From an uncultured Roseobacter sp. (GTDB taxonomy: Bacteria; Pseudomonadota; Alphaproteobacteria; Rhodobacterales; Rhodobacteraceae), in NCBI RefSeq assembly GCF_947495025.1, contig NZ_CANLXG010000002.1, positions 994,124 through 1,058,123 of the forward strand: 64,000 nt of DNA, given 5' to 3'. The notes under the pieces were generated by a model. The model did not search any database, was not told where the DNA came from, and saw only the letters and a list, made by a program, of their open reading frames with translations. This document shows, piece after piece, positions 49,739 through 57,419 of this stretch (positions are counted from its first letter, which is position 1; the number at the start of each line of letters is the position of its first letter). A program made the translations under genes and the position numbers.

Positions 49739-50353
49739 TTATTCTACTTTTGGTCCATACTTCAGAACGGCTTTCACGACGCCCGACACAAGCAGGCCGC
49801 TCGCAAGAAACCACAGAGAAACATAGAGATAGATACCCAGCATCAGCCGGTCGTCGCTTTGCTGTGAAATCACGGTATTGGCCCGCCCGACGATTTCGTT
49901 TGCGCCAATGACCGAGGCGGTAGCCGAAGCCATGATGATGATGAGAAAGTACTGTGTCCAGGCGATCACAAAGGTTTCGCGGGCCCCCGGACTGCCCGCC
50001 GCCCGCTGCTGGAAATACCCCAGCGACTGATCCGAACAAAAACCGATCACAGGAAAGATCAGCGCCAGCGATGCTTTTATCCAGAGCGGGACAGGATAGA
50101 TATTACCGCCCAGGTCAAGCTCGCTGGGGATCATCGAGGCCATATAGAAAAGCAGAACAAAACTCGGGACATTCCGGCAGATGTTGGTCGCGAGTCTGGA
50201 TGGCGCATCGAGCAGTGTCACCCCGCCGTGGCGGAGCCGCCCGAAGCCCATACCGATGATCGTGCCGACGCCCATTGCGATAGCGGAAATGATCAGGTTC
50301 ATCGCGAAACCTGCGGCCAGATAGCTGGTGTGTGGGAGAACCTCTGCAATCAT
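49739..50353 (-). CDS. Polar amino-acid ABC transporter permease-like protein (divergent)
   Basis: LAAGFAMNLIISAIAM..GTIIG and RNVPSFVLLF as in HisM/GlnP-type permeases; ATGA overlap with the upstream gene. Confidence 0.75.
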   Translation of the reverse strand: MIAEVLPHTSYLAAGFAMNLIISAIAMGVGTIIGMGFGRLRHGGVTLLDAPSRLATNICRNVPSFVLLFYMASMIPSELDLGGNIYPVPLWIKASLALIFPVIGFCSDQSLGYFQQRAAGSPGARETFVIAWTQYFLIIIMASATASVIGANEIVGRANTVISQQSDDRLMLGIYLYVSLWFLASGLLVSGVVKAVLKYGPKVE

Positions 50354-51996
50354 GCGCGCACCAGCCTGCGCCGCAACGCCCTGAAGACCCACAACAGGCC
50401 GAGCACCAGCAGAAAGTAAAACACCAGCAGACCATTCATCATCGTGGCGGTGTCCGCACCCTCTGAGACCAGAAGATTGATGGTCGAGATCAGCTCACCA
50501 ACCGCGATGGCACTTGCCATGCCCGCTGCCTTTACGATGTTCACGCAGGCGGCCACCAGCCCGTCAAACCCGCGGGAGATTGCGCCGGGCAGCAGAGACA
50601 GTAGCGGTGTCCCAGGTCGTTCTCCCTGTTCTGCCGTGAGGGCGTGGCTGAGGATGATCGTATTTGTTGCGCCGGCATAAAGCGACAGGATCACCGCCGC
50701 GATCCCGAAGGATCCGGGCACAAAGCCACCTGAGTTCCCGAGGATACCGCCAAGACCGAAGAAAACGATATAAAGCTGAAGGATCGGAGGGGTCATCCGG
50801 GCCACGGTGATCAGCGCCTTCTGGGGCAGGAGCAGGATCCGACCCAGCAGGCCAAACCGGGAAAGCGTGGCATTCAGCAGCGACAGGGTCACACCCACAG
50901 TCAGCGACCCGACGATTGCAAGCGCGCTGAGACCCAGTGTCAGAGCCAGACCTCTGGCCAGACGCGCGCGGTTATACGGGCTGGCGGCGGCGCGCAGATC
51001 AATGCCGGTGATGTCATAGAGCGTAACGATCCAGCCAGGCGGATCAGGGTCGGGCGAAGACTGCAGCGGCGCCTCATTCAGGCATCTGTCGCGGTGCTGG
51101 CCGGTCTGAGGGTCCCGTGCACAGACCCCTTTGCCATTCTGTGTGGCCCGCCAGAGCGCATGTTTGCCAAGCACGAAATCGCTGCGCGGTATGCTCCATT
51201 TGTCCTGCAGTTCCAGGATGCGGCCCGAAGCATGCCATTCGCCAATCATGTCGGAGACAAAACGGCCAAGGTCTTCCTGTTCGGTCCCCTTTGCGACGAG
51301 AATGGCCCAGGGGGTTACCAGAATGGCCTCGTCCATGATGCGAAGGGCCGGGTCGGGCTGGGCCAGTATCAGCTGGGCCAAGGCTGTGTCGTCAAAGGCC
51401 CAGCCAACGCAGCGCTCCTGCTGCAGCGCCAGCCGCGAGTCCCGGTTGGACGAGAAATACTCGCCATCAATCCCGTACTCCTCTTCGAGCGCCCGGTTAT
51501 AATATGCGCCGCGGTTCAGGCACAGTTTTTCGCCGCGCAGATCCGCCCATGACCTGAAATCATATTCCCTGCGGGTCAGCACGACGACCCCGCTGGAGTA
51601 GTAGTTGGGTTGCAGCAATCCCGATTGCCTGCGCCGCTCGGCTGTATCACCGGTCGTCGCAATCACCACATCCACAACGCCCTGATTCACGCGTCCCATG
51701 CGGTTGCCCGAAGTTACCGCCTGAAGCTCGAGTTCTACGCCCATACGGCGCGCCAGATCCCGTGCAAGGTCGGGTTCCAGCCCAACAATCGCGCCGTTCG
51801 CATCGCGCATACCCCAGGGAGGATAGTCGTCCTTGACCCCTGCAATCAGTGTTCCGCGCTGCAGGATATGAGCCAGCCGCCCCGTCGGGTCATCGGGCAT
51901 CCTGGCGACCATATCCGGAGAAACATTCTGAGCCAGGGCGCCCTGAACCTGCAGCGTCAGGAGCAATGCCAGAATGGGGGCCAGCACTCTCAGCAT
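50350..51996 (-). CDS. Fusion of family-3 substrate-binding domain and ABC permease domain
   Basis: Signal peptide; RGTLIAGVKDDYPPWG...GLEPDLARDLA (SBP_bac_3); C-terminal GLALTLGLS...RMTPPILQLYIVFFGL permease; ATGCTGA overlap with the methyltransferase stop. Confidence 0.8.
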   Translation of the reverse strand: MLRVLAPILALLLTLQVQGALAQNVSPDMVARMPDDPTGRLAHILQRGTLIAGVKDDYPPWGMRDANGAIVGLEPDLARDLARRMGVELELQAVTSGNRMGRVNQGVVDVVIATTGDTAERRRQSGLLQPNYYSSGVVVLTRREYDFRSWADLRGEKLCLNRGAYYNRALEEEYGIDGEYFSSNRDSRLALQQERCVGWAFDDTALAQLILAQPDPALRIMDEAILVTPWAILVAKGTEQEDLGRFVSDMIGEWHASGRILELQDKWSIPRSDFVLGKHALWRATQNGKGVCARDPQTGQHRDRCLNEAPLQSSPDPDPPGWIVTLYDITGIDLRAAASPYNRARLARGLALTLGLSALAIVGSLTVGVTLSLLNATLSRFGLLGRILLLPQKALITVARMTPPILQLYIVFFGLGGILGNSGGFVPGSFGIAAVILSLYAGATNTIILSHALTAEQGERPGTPLLSLLPGAISRGFDGLVAACVNIVKAAGMASAIAVGELISTINLLVSEGADTATMMNGLLVFYFLLVLGLLWVFRALRRRLVRA

Positions 51997-52796
51997 GAGG
52001 CCTCTGCACATATTCCGTAGCCCCAGCGCACCGGGCAGACGGGCGTCAGCAAACGATCGATCCAGCGTGCCAGTCCGTTGTGCAGTAACCAGCTTTCGGG
52101 CAATACGCTTTCACAACTCAGGCGCTCCAGCGCAAAACCGGCTGCTGTCAGCTCGCGTGTCAGTTTCTGTGGATCAAAAAGCTGGTAGTGCAACACCACG
52201 TCCTGTCCGTCGTCCGTGCGACGGCGGTAATGGACCAGCCCGTCGCGCGCGCTGTCTGTCTGTTCCGAGCGGAAACGTCGTGCGCGATTTGGAACAGAAA
52301 TGAGCAGGCGACCCGCCCCTGGTTTCAGCGCGGCCCGCATCCGGCCAAGCGCGTCAGCGCGTGCTGCCGGGTCCGTTATGTGCCCCAGAACGCCGAAAAG
52401 GCAGAGCACCAGATCGACCCGGCCAGACACCTCGATATAGTGATCAAGGTCGGTCGTTTCCGGTCCGATGACCGCCAGGTCGGTCCAGCCCGAAGCAGCG
52501 GCCCGGGCGCGTACTGTTTCCAGTGCCGCCGGGCTGACGTCAAACCCCGCCGCCCGTGAGACAAGGCCCTGGAGGCGCAGCAGATAGCGCCCGCTGCCGC
52601 AACCGAAATCCAGCACCGCCGCGTCGGGGCCGAGCAGATGCGTGATCCGGCGCCACATTGTCCTGTTCGGGCTGGGATAGCGTCTGTCATAGAATCCGGA
52701 TGTAAAATAGAGCTGATACGACGCGCGTGTGGTCGCGTCGCCCGGGGTCACCGGCGGCGTGTCCGCGTCGGGTTTTTCTGTCTCGTGGACGGTCAA
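51990..52796 (-). CDS. Class I SAM-dependent methyltransferase
   Basis: VLDFGCGSGRYL, GFDVSPAAL and DLVLCLFGVLGHI motifs. Confidence 0.85.
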   Translation of the reverse strand: MTVHETEKPDADTPPVTPGDATTRASYQLYFTSGFYDRRYPSPNRTMWRRITHLLGPDAAVLDFGCGSGRYLLRLQGLVSRAAGFDVSPAALETVRARAAASGWTDLAVIGPETTDLDHYIEVSGRVDLVLCLFGVLGHITDPAARADALGRMRAALKPGAGRLLISVPNRARRFRSEQTDSARDGLVHYRRRTDDGQDVVLHYQLFDPQKLTRELTAAGFALERLSCESVLPESWLLHNGLARWIDRLLTPVCPVRWGYGICAEASC

Positions 52797-54085
52797 TTCG
52801 GGCTGACGCTGCCGGTACCCAACACGTCCTCCAGCCGCTTGCGCCAGTCGCGGTTCCGCATCTGTCGAATGAGCGCCCGGTCAATCTGGCGTCGCAGATC
52901 TTCGGACACGGACGTATGCGAAATACCCCAGCCATAAGGCTCATTGCGATAGACATTTGGCAGGACGGCGATCTTGCCTTCGTAAGTATCCTGACGGCTC
53001 AGGTAAGTCAGGGCGATCCAGTCACCCAGCACGGCGTCCACCTCATCTTTGGCCAGAAGGTTGGCAGCCTGCCGCCAGCTGCTGACGAGGCGCACACCGC
53101 CGGCCAGTGCAGGATCATCGTCGACGGTAATGTCTTCCCGCTCGGGGTCTTCCGGATTGCAGACCAGCTGGTTGACACGACGATCCAGCGCGGACGCCAC
53201 GTCTGACCCGGGTTCAGTGTCGCTTTTGAGTTTGCCGTATTCGGTCAGCAACAACGCCTGAGCCGTCGAGCAATCCAGCGTGGCGATGGTCATATTGGTA
53301 AGTTCAGATGCGGGAACTTTTTGCTGCGCGCCGACAGAACCTACAAAGGCCGAGGTCAGAACGCCCAGCAGGGTTGCCGAGAGTGCCGTACCGACGACGG
53401 CCAGAAAGATTTCCAGCACTTTGGCGACCGCGGTCGAATATCCGTCTCCGACGCCCCGCAGCCCGATGGTCCGGATGATCGACTCCAGCAGCGATCGCAG
53501 CCACAGAGACGTGCGCCCGCCGGGATCGTTTTCCTTTGCAAACAGCAGCCAGCGGATGAGGAACGCCATGATCAGGTTAAAGGTCAGAAAGAGCAGAACC
53601 GCCTGGGCGACCGTAGGGTGCAGAATGGTTTCAGACACAATCTTCCTGGCCTGCGTAAAATCGATTGCATTCGACGGCGGCAAAGCCAGAGCCAGCCCCG
53701 ATGACAGGTACTGCTGGGAGAAATCATAGGATTCCATGCGCTGGGACGTGATTGTCAGAGGTGCTATGACGACGTCTATCCGGCCGGATACCAGCCCGAC
53801 TTCCTGACCGTCGATTGTGTTGCACGCAACAAAGGTCACTTCGGGTGCTACCGAGCGGCCTACATCGTCCAGCACAAACAGCGATCTCTCGACACGGCGC
53901 CAGAGGTCATAGGCAAAACCGGCCGGTGCGCCGGAACTGTCAAAGAAGGAAAAAGGTTCCGCGTTGTCGCGCAACGCTACCACAATATCTCCGCCCGGAC
54001 GGACCTGCGGGCATGCGTGTGCGGAAGGTGCAAAGCCGGTGACTGCGCTGACGAGCACTGAGAACAGGAGCAATGCGCGGATCAT
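52793..54085 (-). CDS. Prokaryotic ionotropic glutamate-receptor-like protein (split SBP domain + TM1-pore-TM2)
   Basis: S1: AEPFSF...GFAYDLW...DVVIAPLTITSQRMESYDFSQQY; TM1; pore-like SIIRTIGLRGVGDG; TM2 ending LTSAFV; S2: DAVLGDWIALTYL...EPYGWGI. Confidence 0.75.
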   Translation of the reverse strand: MIRALLLFSVLVSAVTGFAPSAHACPQVRPGGDIVVALRDNAEPFSFFDSSGAPAGFAYDLWRRVERSLFVLDDVGRSVAPEVTFVACNTIDGQEVGLVSGRIDVVIAPLTITSQRMESYDFSQQYLSSGLALALPPSNAIDFTQARKIVSETILHPTVAQAVLLFLTFNLIMAFLIRWLLFAKENDPGGRTSLWLRSLLESIIRTIGLRGVGDGYSTAVAKVLEIFLAVVGTALSATLLGVLTSAFVGSVGAQQKVPASELTNMTIATLDCSTAQALLLTEYGKLKSDTEPGSDVASALDRRVNQLVCNPEDPEREDITVDDDPALAGGVRLVSSWRQAANLLAKDEVDAVLGDWIALTYLSRQDTYEGKIAVLPNVYRNEPYGWGISHTSVSEDLRRQIDRALIRQMRNRDWRKRLEDVLGTGSVSPN

Positions 54086-54318
54086 CAGTCTTTGCTCTTT
54101 TCCGGAGTTTTATGGCTTCAATTCAACTATTTAAACGAGAAACGGGTAATTTTTATCAACCCTAAGGCAACAATCCGCCGATATGCAAGAAACAATTCAT
54201 GCGGGAACCTGGAATTCGGCAACAACCTATACTCTTGATATGACGTAAGGTCATCTCTACCCTTGCGGGAACGGATTATGTTCAATCCCCGTTGCGCTTT
54301 TGCAGGAGCTGGCCCCGG

Positions 54319-56826
54319 ATGAGAATACGTGAGGCTCAGAGATACCGGCAGCAGTCTGCGGGTCCCTCAGCCGCCCGACCCGCGCCGGTCCCGCAGGATG
54401 GACCAGGTCTGTCCGGTCTGCGGGCCGCGGCAGATCTCAGCCACCCCCGCCAGCAAACGTCAGCGCTTCAGGCGCGCGCGCGCGGGCACAATGCCACCGG
54501 CGCCCGGCCTGCAGTACCGGTTATGCAACGCGCCGCCGTGATCCCCTATGACACGTGGAAGTCACGCAGCACCAAGGCCGGCATGAAGCGTTCGGAACTG
54601 CTGTTGCGGATCGATGAGGCACTCATCCTGTATCAGGCCTCTGTGTTTCTTGACGTCAAAACGCAAAAGACCCGGCTGCAGGCGCTGAGCAGAAGGATCA
54701 ACGCCTGGATCGGATCGAAGAACGCGAAATATGCCAGCAAGAAGCGTAATTCGCGCCGCATGAAAGAGGTGCAGGACCTTAAAGATCAGGTGGATGCCAA
54801 ACAGATTGAGCTGAACAATGTGCCGGACGACAACCCGGATGTTGGCAAAAGAACGATTTTTACATTCGACGTTTACAACCGCATCCGCCTGCGCGTGCAG
54901 CAGATCATGTCTGTCCCGCCGAGGGATATTGAAACCGCGACGGCTGAAAAGATGGTGTCGGGCCTTGCAGAGATGCGTGAGCAGGTGCGCGATATCGACG
55001 GCTACCACGACCCTGTAACGGCGATCTGGGATGCCTGTTCTGTCATGATCGCGCTGGGGGAAACACGTCTGAATGTCGCGGTGGCGGCGAAGACGCGCAG
55101 GAGGCATCCCCGCCCCGTCCCGCTGGAGCGTTATAAGTCACGGTACCGCCGTCATTATGCCCGCGCCGAAGCGCAGATCGCTGCCCAGAACGATACGGGC
55201 CATACCGTTGCGCCGCACGTGCTGGCCTCAATGCAGAAGACGCGTGAGGATGTGGCTCTTTATTCTTCTGTCGCGGGCAAGGGTGATGGCGCAGAGGCGG
55301 ATTTTGATCTGCCCGAAGGGTTCGAGGACTCGATGGACCTCGCTGGTGAGGCCATGAACGCGCTGGGCATGCAGGGCACGGGCGGCGTCGGAAACGAGGG
55401 CCTTGAAGACTACTGGAAGACCACAATTCCAGAAGGTGAATCCGAACAGAAGACCGCAGCCAAACAGATGGCGGCTACCATCATGGGCGGGTTGCACAGT
55501 GCCATTGAGGACGACCCCGGTGCCATGGACAAGGTATCGGGCGGCGCGGATATCGGTGCGAGCGCGGTGATGAGCGTCAGGCTGGGGGCCGAACTGGGCC
55601 GGCTGTTTGCCATTGTCTCTGACTGTAACCGGCGGCTGAAAACAGACCCCGGGAACAGCAAGCTGAAGGCAAAGCGCCGAAAGGCCATCGCAGAACTGAC
55701 CTTTCTGTCGACTGTTGGCACCACCGAAATGCTGGGAAAGTACCTGGGCGGCGCCTTCACCGCGATGCGGGGGGACGGGCACAAATTCGACTCCAACATG
55801 TTCAGCAGTGACAGCACGGATGTCAGCACCGACATGAAGCTGACGGGTGATGCCGCGGGCGTGGTCCTCGGCGCCGTGAACAGCGTCAAAGACATTGTAA
55901 ACATGTGCAAGAATATCTTTGCCCGTGCGAAGCCGGTCAAAAACGACAGTAAATCGCTGGGTGAGCATGGTCAGGATCTGTTCGATTCCGTGCACGAGAT
56001 TGCCGGTGCGACCAACAGCGTGGCGAAATCCTATTCGGCCGTGCGCAAACTCTACGAGCAGATCGCGGCGGGCGGACAGATTGCCTCTGAAAATGCCGGT
56101 GCTGTGTCCGATGTAGTGCGCGGCACTGTCAATAATGTGCCTGTTATCCCCGTGCTCGGCCTGATCAAAGGCTGTATGGATTTTGTGAGCGAGGGCATCA
56201 AACTGGCCCGCACCGGTCACGCTGCGCACAAGGCCAAAGCGATGGGCAAAAAGCTCACCGCACAGTTCAGTGAACCGCTTTACCTTGCGTTTGTTGTCAC
56301 CAGAGACAAATTCGTAAAGCAGATCAACCGGGCAATCATTGATCTCATCCACGCGGCCGCCTCTATTACATCCGGTGCTCTGTCGGTCAGTGGACTGGGT
56401 GCCGGGATCGGTGCGGCCATCGGAATGGTATCTCTCGCGGCCAAACTGACACAGACCGGTATCCGCAAATTTAAACAGCATCGACGTGATAAAAAAGGCG
56501 GCGAAGAAACCAACCTGGAAAAGGCCGCAGCAACAGCGGATGGCGAAGAATTCGTCAATCACGCGCTGTTGCTCACTCAGGAAAAACTGGCCGGCAAGAA
56601 AAAGCGCGGACGCTATAACCTCGACAAGACCACCGCCAACAAAGAGTTCCGGTATAATTTTGCGGCGATGGAAATCCTCCGTGCACCGGAAGAAGAGCGC
56701 AAATGGTTCTTTGATGCACTGAACATACGTCGGGATGTTCAGCGGATCGAAAACAACGACACACCTGGCTTTAACAAAGAACAGGCCAAAATGGCGCTGA
56801 TCATCAAAAGCCTCAAGGAAAGGTAG
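54319..56826 (+). CDS. Putative eCIS cargo/toxin protein
   Basis: About 835 aa; low-complexity leader ending VMQR, then a 4-helix membrane-localisation-like segment and Gly/Ala-rich hydrophobic helices; divergent from the eCIS operon and followed by chaperone-like and DUF4157 genes. Start placed at ATG 54319. Confidence 0.6.
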   Translation: MRIREAQRYRQQSAGPSAARPAPVPQDGPGLSGLRAAADLSHPRQQTSALQARARGHNATGARPAVPVMQRAAVIPYDTWKSRSTKAGMKRSELLLRIDEALILYQASVFLDVKTQKTRLQALSRRINAWIGSKNAKYASKKRNSRRMKEVQDLKDQVDAKQIELNNVPDDNPDVGKRTIFTFDVYNRIRLRVQQIMSVPPRDIETATAEKMVSGLAEMREQVRDIDGYHDPVTAIWDACSVMIALGETRLNVAVAAKTRRRHPRPVPLERYKSRYRRHYARAEAQIAAQNDTGHTVAPHVLASMQKTREDVALYSSVAGKGDGAEADFDLPEGFEDSMDLAGEAMNALGMQGTGGVGNEGLEDYWKTTIPEGESEQKTAAKQMAATIMGGLHSAIEDDPGAMDKVSGGADIGASAVMSVRLGAELGRLFAIVSDCNRRLKTDPGNSKLKAKRRKAIAELTFLSTVGTTEMLGKYLGGAFTAMRGDGHKFDSNMFSSDSTDVSTDMKLTGDAAGVVLGAVNSVKDIVNMCKNIFARAKPVKNDSKSLGEHGQDLFDSVHEIAGATNSVAKSYSAVRKLYEQIAAGGQIASENAGAVSDVVRGTVNNVPVIPVLGLIKGCMDFVSEGIKLARTGHAAHKAKAMGKKLTAQFSEPLYLAFVVTRDKFVKQINRAIIDLIHAAASITSGALSVSGLGAGIGAAIGMVSLAAKLTQTGIRKFKQHRRDKKGGEETNLEKAAATADGEEFVNHALLLTQEKLAGKKKRGRYNLDKTTANKEFRYNFAAMEILRAPEEERKWFFDALNIRRDVQRIENNDTPGFNKEQAKMALIIKSLKER

Positions 56827-56833
56827 ACCATCA

Positions 56834-57367
56834 GTGGCAACGCCCGAAGAGATGGCAGATGCACTGGACAGGGCAGGATTGCGCCCCGTGCTGACAGACT
56901 GCGCGCCGGAGCCCTATCATATCGCGGTTCCGTTCCCCGATCAGAGTGTCGAGGAAGAGCCGGTTCTGCGGATCAACCTGCTTGCTTCCGCAGATGGGGA
57001 TCTTGAACTGTGGCAGTTTATTTCGGTCATCCCGGCGCAGGCGGTGTCCGACCGGGCGTGGGCGCTGGTGCGCAACATGCTGAACACGGTGAACCTGTCA
57101 CTGACAGTTGGCAAAGTGCTGGCGATCGAAGACGAACAGATGATCTATTTCAGCTGCAATCATCTGGCCCCGCCCGGAGACAGCGCACTGAAGAGCGGCC
57201 CGCCAGTGGCGCACTTTATTCTGGAGAATCTGGTGGTGCTTACTCCGGCGCTGGTTGACGCGCTGAGTACCGATCCGCCGCCTGATTTCGGCGCTGCAGA
57301 AAGGGTGTTGGATGAAACGCACAAGGCTTTGAGCGAACTCGCAGAGGCAATTTCAACTGAGAGGTGA
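56834..57367 (+). CDS. CesT/YbjN-like chaperone or immunity protein
   Basis: 177 aa, acidic; LNTVNLSLTVGKVLAIEDEQMIYF resembles the YbjN/CesT N-x-x-x-x-x-G-K-x-x-x-D core; 7 bp after the cargo stop. Confidence 0.5.
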   Translation: MATPEEMADALDRAGLRPVLTDCAPEPYHIAVPFPDQSVEEEPVLRINLLASADGDLELWQFISVIPAQAVSDRAWALVRNMLNTVNLSLTVGKVLAIEDEQMIYFSCNHLAPPGDSALKSGPPVAHFILENLVVLTPALVDALSTDPPPDFGAAERVLDETHKALSELAEAISTER

Positions 57368-57419
57368 AAAGCTCTCTGAAATGTGCCAGGATAGCTCGCA
57401 TACCGAAAAGGACGTAACT

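Noticed and set aside
54086-54318. CtrA or sigma-54 sites in the eCIS divergent promoter
   Set aside because: No full TTAA-N7-TTAA or TGGCAC-N5-TTGC match found by eye.
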